Shown: in pieces, positions 9,115 to 18,941 of the stretch
Layout of the letters: every line of letters begins with the position of its first letter
Numbering within the stretch: position 1 is the stretch's first letter
Origin: a virus
Taxonomy: Duplodnaviria > Caudoviricetes
DNA: 38,689 nucleotides
Virus record (IMG/VR): IMGVR_UViG_3300010362_000051
Span: 1 to 38,689 of that record
Strand: one strand, 5' to 3'
Notes under the pieces: generated by a model
Databases searched by the model: none
Told to the model about the DNA's origin: nothing
The model's input: the letters and a program-made list of their open reading frames with translations, nothing else
Program-made: the position numbers and the translations under genes

Positions 9115-9578
9115 TGAATGAACTAGAAATCGTACAATGTGCTAGATGTGGTAAGATCAGAGAGAAATTTCTAGTAGGATGCCCCGCTTGTGGAGTTATT
9201 GAAACTGTTGATCCAAATCAGCCTCCATCTGCTAAAGATATTGACCTTAATGTTATTAAAGCTGGAGCAGAATTTCATAAAACTAATCTTGAAGATGAAC
9301 AGATAGCACAACTTAGAGAATGGATTCCTAAAGGCCAGAACTGGCAATTTTATGCTGGAATGATACTAGCTGCAAGACTCATTATCTATTGGATAAAATA
9401 TCTTGTTCCAGTAGATCAACTTTCATTACCTATGAGCATTCAAAACTCAAGGGTATATTATTTGATGTCTTTTATGACTAAAGAAAAGCAACAGAACTTT
9501 TGTGATCTGTTGAATACATTTAATCCAAACAAGGAGAAAAAGAAAGATGAAGAGAATAGACAAGGTATGCAATCATAG
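9114..9578 (+). CDS. Hypothetical protein with N-terminal Zn ribbon
   Basis: CARCG...CPACG; TAATG coupling; GAGGAGG RBS. Confidence 0.7.
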   Translation: MNELEIVQCARCGKIREKFLVGCPACGVIETVDPNQPPSAKDIDLNVIKAGAEFHKTNLEDEQIAQLREWIPKGQNWQFYAGMILAARLIIYWIKYLVPVDQLSLPMSIQNSRVYYLMSFMTKEKQQNFCDLLNTFNPNKEKKKDEENRQGMQS

Positions 9579-9672
9579 TGATTACTGTGATAGATTTGTT
9601 ACTATCAATGGGAAGAAGTACAAAGTAATGAGATGCAAGAAATGTGGAAGGGAGTATAAAGTACCAGCATGA
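9547..9672 (+). CDS. Small Zn-binding protein (not in ORF track)
   Basis: MKRIDKVCNH...MRCKKCGREYKVPA, 41 aa; ATGA overlap with next gene. Confidence 0.6.
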   Translation: MKRIDKVCNHSDYCDRFVTINGKKYKVMRCKKCGREYKVPA

Positions 9673-10034
9673 AACAAACTGAAATAAAAGAAACATATAA
9701 GGATAGACTAGAGGGACTTCTTAAAAGAGAAGATTCAGAAGTCCTCCTCAAAGAATATAAATTCATGTATAGTAGAGGATGGAAATTTGATTATGCCTTT
9801 CCACAACTAAAGATTGCTATTGAATATGATGGAATAGTATATAAACCAAGTCAACAGAGAGGAGGCCATCAAACCCCAAAGGGAATTATCAATGATCAGG
9901 AGAAAAGGAATGAAGCTCAAGTAAGGGGGTGGATAGTTCTGTTAGCCAATCAGACATCAATAGACAATAGAACATTCATTGATCAACTTGAAAGGGCTAT
10001 TAAAGTTAGAAGAGGAGATATTAGATATGAATGA
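9669..10034 (+). CDS. DUF559/Vsr-like endonuclease
   Basis: EYKF..SRGWKFDYA...KIAIEYDG...H...D.EKRNEAQ..GWIVL. Confidence 0.8.
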   Translation: MKQTEIKETYKDRLEGLLKREDSEVLLKEYKFMYSRGWKFDYAFPQLKIAIEYDGIVYKPSQQRGGHQTPKGIINDQEKRNEAQVRGWIVLLANQTSIDNRTFIDQLERAIKVRRGDIRYE

Positions 10035-10239
10035 AAGACTAGAAAGAATATTGAAAATGTCAGAAGATTTTAGTGAAGATCAACTACTTGGAACATTAGA
10101 CGTTTCTTTAATGGATGGATCTAGGTATGAACTTGCTTTTGAGGTAATGATGTCGTTGTTGATGAACAAGATCAAACAAATTGATAAGCAAATAGAAATT
10201 CTTAAACAGTGTTTAAATGAATTAAAAGGAGAAATATAA
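10027..10239 (+). CDS. Hypothetical protein
   Basis: AAGGAG RBS; TAATG coupling to next gene. Confidence 0.65.
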   Translation: MNERLERILKMSEDFSEDQLLGTLDVSLMDGSRYELAFEVMMSLLMNKIKQIDKQIEILKQCLNELKGEI

Positions 10240-10628
10240 TGAAAGATCCTTGGACAGATTTTTTAACGTTTGATCATTTTCAAAAGGTCAATGAACGTAG
10301 ATGTGAAGAAGGCTTCCGTCATAGGGTAGCTAAGTGGTCTATAAATGATTGGGCTGCTGCTACTGGAGGAGAAATTGGAGAAGCTATTCAAGAACTTGGA
10401 AAGCTTCTTACATTCCTTGATACTGCTAAGAAGATCAAAAGACTTGAAGATGAACCCTTTGATGGGGAGAAACTAGAGAAATTTTTAGATCAGCTTGCAG
10501 AAGAAATCTCTGACATCATTACATATTGTGATTTGACCATGACTAGAATAGGTAGAAAGACAGCAGAAGAAATAGTCAAGAAATTCAATAAAGTATCTGA
10601 CAAAAGAGGATGTAGTATAAAGTTGTAA
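10239..10628 (+). CDS. MazG-like nucleotide pyrophosphohydrolase
   Basis: GEIGEA...LAEEISDIITY...IVKKFN, all-alpha NTP-PPase acidic motifs. Confidence 0.8.
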   Translation: MKDPWTDFLTFDHFQKVNERRCEEGFRHRVAKWSINDWAAATGGEIGEAIQELGKLLTFLDTAKKIKRLEDEPFDGEKLEKFLDQLAEEISDIITYCDLTMTRIGRKTAEEIVKKFNKVSDKRGCSIKL

Positions 10629-10642
10629 ACAGTGTTTAAATC

Positions 10643-10679
10643 TAGAGAGACTAGAGGATCTTAGTCTCTAGTCTCTCTA
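10643..10679. terminator. Hairpin at the junction of the two converging transcription arms
   Basis: TAGAGAGACTAGAG / CTCTAGTCTCTCTA, 14-bp stem, 9-nt loop; no classic U-tract. Confidence 0.6.
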
Positions 10680-10878
10680 TCCTCCTATTCATAGCAAGTA
10701 ATGCTTCCCTATTAGCTGCCATTTCTGCCAAGACTGCTCCTTTTTCCTCTGCCATTTTTAACTCTATCTTGGCAAAGTTATCCCTAGAGTTCCACCCTAC
10801 TTTCAGTATAGTAGAAACAATAGTTATTATTCCCACTATGACTGAAACCATCAACAACGCAAATTGACCTTGGGACAT
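10651..10878 (-). CDS. Small membrane protein, holin-like
   Basis: One N-terminal TM helix plus coiled-coil tail; last gene of the late arm. Confidence 0.45.
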   Translation of the reverse strand: MSQGQFALLMVSVIVGIITIVSTILKVGWNSRDNFAKIELKMAEEKGAVLAEMAANREALLAMNRRIERLETKIL

Positions 10879-10883
10879 GGTTA

Positions 10884-13800
10884 CTATTTACTCTCCTGAT
10901 CTAGACGTTCTTTATCTGCCAATTGTTTTTGACCAAGTATACCAAGTCCTCTGACTTGATACTGATTTTTAAGTTTGTTACCGGCTTTAATTACTTCTAG
11001 AAAGTTTCTGTATTCTTCCAAGTATTTCTCATAATCTGTATTAGCTCCTCTGATCTTGGCATTCCTTAGCTCATCTACAATGTCTTTTAGGTGAGAGACA
11101 TTTGCTAGATCCTGCCACTGCTTTTGCTCCTTTAGATCCATCCCTCTAGGAACAACTCCAACTACAAACTGCATAGCTTTATCTAAACTAGACTGAGATG
11201 AGTCACCAATATTTAACCACTGTTTAAGAGCAGGAACAGCCTGCATAACAGAATAACCAAGATACGTATTAACATATGTGGCTGTCTTACCTGTACTCAG
11301 ATTAACTCTGTCCTCCCACCCTATAGCATCTTTCACAAATTTAGGTAGGAAACTATAATCTCCAATCCTTTGACCTTCTGATACAGTTCTACCTGTAAAG
11401 AAGTTCTTATCTATAGCAGTCTCTAAAGGAACTTTGATAAATGGAGTTAAAGCAGCTAGTAGACTCTTCTCTACTGTCCTCTTAGGATCAAAATCTCCAG
11501 TCTTATTGTCATAGACCATAAGAGATATAGCATCTAGAGGAGTCATATTATTTAGGATATTGAATTTTGCTTTGCCTTCTTTATCAAATCCAGTATAGAT
11601 AAAGGGCTGCTCTATCAAATAACTGTCCCCAAGTATAGCTCTCTCAGAAGGAGAAAGATTGTCACCCTCTCCAGTCAATAGTCTCTCCATCAATCCAGTT
11701 AGTTTATTAGCTGCTGCTACAGTTCCAGGCTCGTTCATTGCTTTCTTCAAAGCAAACGGAATAGCAAATCTTGGAAAAGTATAGAAGGGTATTACTTCTC
11801 TTACTCTACGTTCAAAGTGAGTAAGACCTCTCTTGTAGTCAAATAGGATCTCATTGACTTTATTAGCTGCCTGCTTGGGAGAATAACCTTGAGTAACAAA
11901 ATTGATATATGAAACCATTCTCCCATAATCTTCTACTATGGCAGGATGCTTCCAATATTGAATTAACTCTTTAGTAACAGACCATCTATTATTTGGATCA
12001 TATTGTAATTGCTCCTCTATCTTTTTCTTGAATGTAGATCCTGTAGCGTCAGTCCCCCTGATAACATTATTCTCCCTAGCTGTTCTGATAAGATCTTCCC
12101 CGGTATAAGTCTGACCAAAGGCAGTTACTCTTTTGAACTCTGACGCTACATCAAGTAATCTCTCCTCTCCTAAAATATTCTCTAGAGCTACCCTACTAGC
12201 TAGGACTGCATCAGATCCCTCTCCACCAAAGTTCTTACTGATCATATTTGAAATGTACTTTGGTAGAGTTGGGGTCTTCTTACCCCTATAGAAATCCATC
12301 AGCAATAGACTAGCATCTGCCAAGGCTCTAGGATCAAATGTCTTTCCACCTTTAAGGCCAAGTTCTAACATAATCTGTATTGTATTTGATATTCCCTGCT
12401 TGAATCCAAATGAAGGTTTAGCTACTGTAGCTCCTTTTCTGAACATACCAGTTAAGGTACTCATAAACTTCAAAGCTGCCCTAGTTGAAGTATTCATGCC
12501 AGTAGGATATACAGATTCTCCAAGCAGCTTAATATCATCAAGATACTTCTTACCATTGGGAAGTGATGTTAGCTTGACTAAATCATTTTGACTTCTAATC
12601 AGCAAATCCTTTCCAGTAGTAGACTTATACAAATCTCCAAAGGCTTCTTCCAGATCTTCAAAGAACTGCTTCTTAACTAAAGCTCTACGAGAAGATGTTA
12701 CTCTAGTAGCGTATATCAAAGCCGCATCTAATTCCGGTATGTGTCCAGCCAATTCGGCTTCTTGCATAGTAACATACTTACGTTTTTGTGAAGATGACAG
12801 CTCAGTAGATAAGCCATATTTCTGCTTAGTTATAGCTACCATATCATTAGCATCATCAAGACTATCATAATAACGTGGGAAGTAATTCTTGATTTCTGTT
12901 TTCAGTAGATTGGAATCCATTTCCAAGGCTGCTATATTTGCAAACTCTTGTTTCAATCCTGCTATAACAGACATCTCTTCAGCACTTAAATTGGTGTTAG
13001 AGATAGCATCTTGGAAGATTTTATCTGCTTCAGATTGTAAGACTGTCCTGTCTTCTACAAACTCAATTCTCCTTGTATTATCGTCAATCTCCCTCATCAC
13101 CTTAGTTATTCTATCTCTTCTATCTTGAGTCATTCTCTCAAACAACCTTCTGGATTCTCTGATAACTTGACCTTCAATATAATCATAGTGGTTTTCAAAT
13201 TCTGTTATAACTCCCTTGAATGGTTCTTCTTTTGGTCTAACAAATAATCCAGCCAATCCCTCTTTAAATCCCTTAGCAGCTACTCCAGTTACTTCAAACA
13301 TCCTAGCTATGGGGGATGCAATTGGAATATTCTTTACAACTACTGTGTGGTTGAAAGCTTTGATAAAGTCTAATGACTTCTTCAATGGGCCTAGTCCTGT
13401 AAGTGTAGCTATCTCTTTTGAGATCTTTGTAAATGGAACTTCAAGTTTAAGTTTTAAGCTTGGTTCTTTAAACAGTGTTGATGCAACTTTAGAATCAAGA
13501 TTAGCAAGAGATTGCATAACCTGTTCAGCTTTATACTGTATCTCATCAACAGAAAGCTTACGTACAAATACTCTAGTGAAATCAGTAGGCATCTCACTAA
13601 GGCCAAGTTCAGTTTGTGCAAGTTCTGTAGCGGGGGTTTTTCCAAACTTACCTCCTACTCCTCTCTTCTGAATATTAGCTATGCCAAGATCTGCCATCTG
13701 ATCGGCATAGAACTTCTTCAGTATATCAATTTCTTTTTTGACTCTGCCTGGGGTAGCTTCTTGAACTACTCCTTTAACTTCTTTTCTAGCTAATTCAGCA

Positions 13801-14672
13801 TTGATTCCTGCTATATCAAATTCCCTATTAACTATTGGTTCAAGCTTCTTTCTTTCTTCTAGTAATATTTCTTTAGCTACTTTTTTATTTTTTCCAGTTA
13901 GATTCTGTAAGTCTATGGGAGCTTGTGCCTGTCTTAGATTAGTAGGCATTATTTGATCTAAGTCAACTACTATTCCTTGATCTCCCAATTTCTTTTGAAC
14001 ATTCTTTAATGACTTAAATTCCTTTTCATTCAAAGCTTCCAAAGCTTCAGTAATCCTATGGTAATTTATCTGGGCCTGCTTCTGGACTAGAACCTCTCTT
14101 GTTAATCCTCCCACGCCTTTTCTAGCTAGATCCTTTGTAACTCCCTCTCCTACGGCAGTCATAAAGAATTGTCTACCTTCCATAGTTCTGATAAGCTTCT
14201 GTAGTACATCCTCTCCAGCTTGTGTAACTAGCTTAGATCCTACCTTAACTCCCTTACCAGCTAAACCTACTCCCAAGTAAGTTGTAGGATCTAACGCAAC
14301 ATCTCCAAGGAATCCTAAGACAGCAGTAGCTTTAGGATTCTGCTTGGCAAACTCTGGCGCTCTTTCTCTAATCACATCAGCATATGAAAGTTTCCTAACA
14401 GGATCAATAAACTCATTGAATGAATCTGAAATAGCATCAAAGATGGACTTTGAATTATCCATCATACTATTAAAGAACATGGCTGAGGCATACTGTGGTC
14501 TTGAGAGAATGTCTAAAGCTGGCGCTATGACAGAAACCACAGATCCAGCAAATCCTTTTCTTGGAGTAGCTTCTGCTGGAACAATACTATTATTGAACAA
14601 TGCACTTTTACTGTTAGAGTCATTAAGCAAAGTATTAGTTAGACTGTCATTATCATCAAATAGGATTCCCAT
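10884..14672 (-). CDS. Large internal virion / DNA ejection protein (putative)
   Basis: 1262 aa, helical, last of three genes after tail genes as in podoviruses; PFYTFPR motif typical of such proteins. Confidence 0.65.
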   Translation of the reverse strand: MGILFDDNDSLTNTLLNDSNSKSALFNNSIVPAEATPRKGFAGSVVSVIAPALDILSRPQYASAMFFNSMMDNSKSIFDAISDSFNEFIDPVRKLSYADVIRERAPEFAKQNPKATAVLGFLGDVALDPTTYLGVGLAGKGVKVGSKLVTQAGEDVLQKLIRTMEGRQFFMTAVGEGVTKDLARKGVGGLTREVLVQKQAQINYHRITEALEALNEKEFKSLKNVQKKLGDQGIVVDLDQIMPTNLRQAQAPIDLQNLTGKNKKVAKEILLEERKKLEPIVNREFDIAGINAELARKEVKGVVQEATPGRVKKEIDILKKFYADQMADLGIANIQKRGVGGKFGKTPATELAQTELGLSEMPTDFTRVFVRKLSVDEIQYKAEQVMQSLANLDSKVASTLFKEPSLKLKLEVPFTKISKEIATLTGLGPLKKSLDFIKAFNHTVVVKNIPIASPIARMFEVTGVAAKGFKEGLAGLFVRPKEEPFKGVITEFENHYDYIEGQVIRESRRLFERMTQDRRDRITKVMREIDDNTRRIEFVEDRTVLQSEADKIFQDAISNTNLSAEEMSVIAGLKQEFANIAALEMDSNLLKTEIKNYFPRYYDSLDDANDMVAITKQKYGLSTELSSSQKRKYVTMQEAELAGHIPELDAALIYATRVTSSRRALVKKQFFEDLEEAFGDLYKSTTGKDLLIRSQNDLVKLTSLPNGKKYLDDIKLLGESVYPTGMNTSTRAALKFMSTLTGMFRKGATVAKPSFGFKQGISNTIQIMLELGLKGGKTFDPRALADASLLLMDFYRGKKTPTLPKYISNMISKNFGGEGSDAVLASRVALENILGEERLLDVASEFKRVTAFGQTYTGEDLIRTARENNVIRGTDATGSTFKKKIEEQLQYDPNNRWSVTKELIQYWKHPAIVEDYGRMVSYINFVTQGYSPKQAANKVNEILFDYKRGLTHFERRVREVIPFYTFPRFAIPFALKKAMNEPGTVAAANKLTGLMERLLTGEGDNLSPSERAILGDSYLIEQPFIYTGFDKEGKAKFNILNNMTPLDAISLMVYDNKTGDFDPKRTVEKSLLAALTPFIKVPLETAIDKNFFTGRTVSEGQRIGDYSFLPKFVKDAIGWEDRVNLSTGKTATYVNTYLGYSVMQAVPALKQWLNIGDSSQSSLDKAMQFVVGVVPRGMDLKEQKQWQDLANVSHLKDIVDELRNAKIRGANTDYEKYLEEYRNFLEVIKAGNKLKNQYQVRGLGILGQKQLADKERLDQESK

Positions 14673-14698
14673 ATTGATCTCCTTAAACAGTGTTTAAA

Positions 14699-16303
14699 TT
14701 ACTTCTTTGCTACTGGCTTTAGTTCAGGATGTTGACTATAGGCATAGTCTAATCGCTCTTTGAGATCTTGAATATCATGCTCAAGTTCTGGTATATTATT
14801 TTTAAAAGCCTTATTAGTTTTAGCTCTTTCTAAAGCTTTCTGTTTATTCTGAAGCCTTTCAATTAACCCATTAACTACATTAGCTGCTCCAACTTTCTGC
14901 AATCTATTCTTTATTTCAGCTTCTATTTCTGCTGCTGTAGCTTCCTTAACTCCTGGCTGAGCTTGTATATCTGAAACTGCTGTAGCTTCTGAAGTTCCTT
15001 TCTCAGCTAAAGCTGGAGTTAATGGAATTTCTGTACTTTGAGGATTTACTTTATTCCTACCTAAAGCCTCTTGAACTTGTTGTGGTGTTACTCCAAGCTT
15101 CTGTTGAATAGCGGGATCACTAAGTCTCTGCATTATTTCAGCATCAGATCTCCTCTCATTTCTAGCTTGTGTAATTGCTTCATCAAGCCTAACTCCCAAA
15201 GCCTTCTCATCTGGTAGATCTGTTTGACCAAATAGGCCAGACATATTAGCCAAGCCTGGAGTAGTCTTAGCATAGTAATCAAAGAAGTATTTGAATGTCT
15301 CTTGTTGATTTAGATACTTAACTACTTTAGAATTAGGATCTACTGGATTATATTGACCAAGCATATCCTTTTGTAGTTCAACTACTTTCCCATTTTGATC
15401 TATTCCAAGTACATTTGTAGTAGCTTTATTTTGTGCCCACTCTATTCCTTTAGCTATGGGGGATTCTGTTCCTCTGTTGTGAGCCATAGCCACATTGAGA
15501 TCATGTCTATACTTCTCATCCCTTAGGGCTTTAGCTGCTTTAGAAATCATAGCATCTTCATTTGAAGAGAGTTTCTGACCTTTAGAGATCTTATCATATA
15601 GGTTAGATGCTTCCTTACCTGTAAAGAATCCACTATAAATCAATGGGAGGACAAAACCTAATTCGTTACCTATCTTTTGTTCTGTTATATTATTTGAACT
15701 TCTAAGATTTTCTAGTTCTTTCTGATTAGCAAATTGAGTTTTATTATTCTCAATGTCGTAACCTTGTTTTATGTCAAGAAGTCTCTTGTTCTGATCGAAA
15801 GACAGATTGGCCATTTTCTCTTGTTGGAAAGCTTCTCTGTTGAACCTTTGAACATCTCTAACATTGGCTCTAAATTCAGCACCAAATTGTCTCGCTTCTC
15901 CTCTAGCTTCTGCTCTGATCTGAGTAGCTTCCGCTCTCCTTTCTTTACCCCTAGCTAGGATATCTTCAATTTGAAGCTGTGCTCCAAGCTGCTTAGTTCT
16001 TTCTCTTCTCTCTTTCTCTATATCCTGCCTCTGCTGCTGTCTAGATAGAGTCTCTTGTAACGCTTGACCTGGATTTGGAGACAAAGCTACAGCTATAGCT
16101 TGAGGAATCAAAGACAATAAGCTCTGAGCAATGCCAGGCCCTTGCTCTGGAGCATTCAATCCTTGTAAAATTTGCTGAACTTGAGCCATATCATCTTCTG
16201 GACTAGGCCCATTTATATCTGACAAAACTCCTCTTGAAGGTTGAGGAGTTTGAGATGCTGCATTTAATAGAATTGATGGTAATGCAAATGGATCAAATGC
16301 CAT
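14699..16303 (-). CDS. Putative internal virion / ejection protein
   Basis: 534 aa, Gln/Ala/Glu-rich coiled coil; synteny. Confidence 0.55.
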   Translation of the reverse strand: MAFDPFALPSILLNAASQTPQPSRGVLSDINGPSPEDDMAQVQQILQGLNAPEQGPGIAQSLLSLIPQAIAVALSPNPGQALQETLSRQQQRQDIEKERRERTKQLGAQLQIEDILARGKERRAEATQIRAEARGEARQFGAEFRANVRDVQRFNREAFQQEKMANLSFDQNKRLLDIKQGYDIENNKTQFANQKELENLRSSNNITEQKIGNELGFVLPLIYSGFFTGKEASNLYDKISKGQKLSSNEDAMISKAAKALRDEKYRHDLNVAMAHNRGTESPIAKGIEWAQNKATTNVLGIDQNGKVVELQKDMLGQYNPVDPNSKVVKYLNQQETFKYFFDYYAKTTPGLANMSGLFGQTDLPDEKALGVRLDEAITQARNERRSDAEIMQRLSDPAIQQKLGVTPQQVQEALGRNKVNPQSTEIPLTPALAEKGTSEATAVSDIQAQPGVKEATAAEIEAEIKNRLQKVGAANVVNGLIERLQNKQKALERAKTNKAFKNNIPELEHDIQDLKERLDYAYSQHPELKPVAKK

Positions 16304-16361
16304 AATTCCTCCTCTTAAACACTATTCGTTTCACTCATCTAGTTTACTTCGTAAACACTGT

Positions 16362-16583
16362 TTACGCTGGAGCAGCTACTTCAAACCCATCTAAAACTAC
16401 TTCATAATTCATAGTTTTAAAAGTCTGAAATACCCACTTTTCTCCCTCTCCAGTTGGACAAGAAGTTTGAATTTGAATGTAGTCTCCAGAAGGTATTCTT
16501 AATCCTGTGAAGATGATTACTATATCATATGTGGGAGCTTTATAAACTACAATCTTAATTATTGGTATTGGTATGTTCATCAT
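16362..16583 (-). CDS. Hypothetical protein
   Basis: 73 aa; fills the gap; stop supplied by palindrome. Confidence 0.55.
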   Translation of the reverse strand: MMNIPIPIIKIVVYKAPTYDIVIIFTGLRIPSGDYIQIQTSCPTGEGEKWVFQTFKTMNYEVVLDGFEVAAPA

Positions 16584-16587
16584 ATAT

Positions 16588-17538
16588 TTATCCTAATCCT
16601 GAAAATGAAATTTCTGGTAGTGAGCCAGATGCTATAGTATTAGTTCCTCCAATTTTCTTTCCTATTGCTCCTCCTATAGCTGCTCCGGCAGGTCCACCAA
16701 GTAGACCTCCACCTATAGTAGCTACGGCAGATAGGATAGATGGAAGAATTGATTTCTTCTGGCTAGCTTGAAACTTCTGCCATTCAAGTAAGAAGTTTCT
16801 AGCAGCTTCATCTGACTGTTGATTTAGTTGTTCCTTACCTAATCCAATTTGAGCAGAGGTATTAGCTCTACTTGTTTCCTGACCAGATACATTATTCAGC
16901 ACATCTAATCCTGTACCAGTAGCTAGTTGAGTTACAAACTTTTGAAGATCAAGCTTTCTTTGTGCAGCATTGGCAGCTTGATTACCTAAAGCTATCCCTA
17001 CAGCTTGAGCAAATTGGGCAGCAGCATCATTAGCTATACTACTTCTATTAACTCCCTGACCATATAAACCAGTTACTAATTCTCCCTGTCTCAAATTAGC
17101 TTCTTGGTTTAATTGTGCCCTTTCATTTTCTGAAATAGCATTTAACTCAGATTCATTTTGTGGAGTTAAAGTAGCTAGGTTTCCACTTAAGCCAGAATTG
17201 ACTGCTTGAATGGCTGCTTGTAAAGCTCCAGACAATCCAGCAATTTGATCTGTCAATGGGAGAACTGCTGGTCTATCTGTTTGTAGTTCTCTTACTTGAC
17301 CAAAGTTGGGAGAATTAGCATCACCTTCTCTCTGAATCCTGTGAGTATAACCTTGGGCATCTTTATAGATAAGATCATTTAATCCACCTTCAAGTATAAC
17401 TGAACCTTGGGGTAAACTATACCTATCTTTCAAATTACCTAGAACCTGAATAGTTGCCTGTTCAGGAGACATTCTGTTCCTAATGATCAACTCATTAACT
17501 CTTTTACCTGCATCTGTTGGAGCTTTTATACTTCCCAT
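16588..17538 (-). CDS. Putative ejection / DNA pilot protein
   Basis: Gln/Ala-rich with Gly-rich hydrophobic C-terminus (IGGGLLGGPAGAAIGGAIG). Confidence 0.6.
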   Translation of the reverse strand: MGSIKAPTDAGKRVNELIIRNRMSPEQATIQVLGNLKDRYSLPQGSVILEGGLNDLIYKDAQGYTHRIQREGDANSPNFGQVRELQTDRPAVLPLTDQIAGLSGALQAAIQAVNSGLSGNLATLTPQNESELNAISENERAQLNQEANLRQGELVTGLYGQGVNRSSIANDAAAQFAQAVGIALGNQAANAAQRKLDLQKFVTQLATGTGLDVLNNVSGQETSRANTSAQIGLGKEQLNQQSDEAARNFLLEWQKFQASQKKSILPSILSAVATIGGGLLGGPAGAAIGGAIGKKIGGTNTIASGSLPEISFSGLG

Positions 17539-17562
17539 AATTCTCCCCTATTTAAACAGTGT

Positions 17563-18174
17563 TTAAGTTCCAAGTAAAAATCTAAACTCATTTCCTGCTC
17601 CTGATGGAGTTTCTGCTTCTAGCTTTATGTTGCTAATAGTAGTATCAATAGCAGCTATAGATGTAACAGTTCCTCCAATTCCAGCATTTGCATTAGCAGT
17701 AGCATCTATCAAATCTCTGACTTGAACTAGAGCAATATTCTGTGTTGGACTAAGATCTATTGTTTCTGATCCAGATTCATGTATTGAATTGGATTGATTT
17801 GTTAAAGCTGTTTTGGACTTACTTACTTGAGAAATCCAATTAGATCCTCCATCCAAAGTATATTCAATTGTAAAATGAACAGACGCAGATCCAGATCCAC
17901 TGCCAGTTTTGGTACACTGAACACTGCCATCAGCAGTCCACTCAAACTTCAATCTTAATCCAGATAACCCTCCAGGCCCAGCAGAAAATGAAGACCATCT
18001 AGCTGAATCGTGACTTTCATCAGACTGAGAATCAGGAAAATCAGTTCCAATTGCTCCAGCACTAGCAGAAGTTGTAGTTGTAGTATGTCCAGTATTACTA
18101 ATGCCAGATACAGCAGTTGTTCCTGCTTGATCTGGAGTAGTATTTACAGTTGGGTTTAAGTTAGTTATTGGCAT
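17563..18174 (-). CDS. Putative virion structural (tail/fibre) protein
   Basis: Ser/Thr/Gly-rich beta-type sequence with YTLDGGSNW (Asp-box-like). Confidence 0.55.
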   Translation of the reverse strand: MPITNLNPTVNTTPDQAGTTAVSGISNTGHTTTTTSASAGAIGTDFPDSQSDESHDSARWSSFSAGPGGLSGLRLKFEWTADGSVQCTKTGSGSGSASVHFTIEYTLDGGSNWISQVSKSKTALTNQSNSIHESGSETIDLSPTQNIALVQVRDLIDATANANAGIGGTVTSIAAIDTTISNIKLEAETPSGAGNEFRFLLGT

Positions 18175-18920
18175 TACACACTCTTAACTTTTTGATAATA
18201 TTCCAGTTCGATACTTATTGATCTTTCAGCAATAACTCCTGTCTTAGTTTTTATTCTGATCCAAATAGGTTGATTTTCTGTTAATGCAAAATCAGCAATA
18301 TCAGAAGTATAAAAAACTCCTGATCCATTGTTGGTATTATCTAAATGGATAGTTCCTTTCTCAGCCCCATTCTGTATTACAGCAAATTCTATATCTGTTC
18401 CTGGAGTATGAGATCCTGCTGCCCTTATAACATGTAACTTTGTAACAAAAGCAGATGTTATAGCTGGAACTCTCCATATGGGGAGAATGCCATCATCCCC
18501 TGCCGACATGGAAGTTGGATCTAGTATGAACCAAGTATGGTTCAAAAATATAGCCTTATCATCCACATATTGCTTTCTAACTGCATCATTAGCCCCCACA
18601 GGACTAGAAGCTGGCAATACTGGAATACTTCCAAAAGTATATATTCCTCCAGATCCAGTCAGACCATTACCTACTATGTCCCCATCTTTTTCAACTCTAA
18701 ATACTTCTGCTCCATCAGCAAACCCTTCAATAATATCATTAGTTCCACGTTGATCAAATCTAGCAGCAGCAAAGCTAGAATCATTGCTAATGACTCTGAT
18801 AGATTTATTTTGGGAGACTCCAGCTAGTAAATTAACAAGCTGATTGAATTCATCATCAAAAGGTTGAGACTGAATTTCTGTCCCTGGAGCAAAATCTGTC
18901 ACTCTTGCAAGTAAAGACAT
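18174..18920 (-). CDS. Putative tail fibre/appendage protein
   Basis: N-terminal anchor shared with 19145..19903; fibre motif PVGANDAVRKQYVD. Confidence 0.65.
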   Translation of the reverse strand: MSLLARVTDFAPGTEIQSQPFDDEFNQLVNLLAGVSQNKSIRVISNDSSFAAARFDQRGTNDIIEGFADGAEVFRVEKDGDIVGNGLTGSGGIYTFGSIPVLPASSPVGANDAVRKQYVDDKAIFLNHTWFILDPTSMSAGDDGILPIWRVPAITSAFVTKLHVIRAAGSHTPGTDIEFAVIQNGAEKGTIHLDNTNNGSGVFYTSDIADFALTENQPIWIRIKTKTGVIAERSISIELEYYQKVKSV

Positions 18921-18941
18921 AAAACCTCATGTAAACACTGT

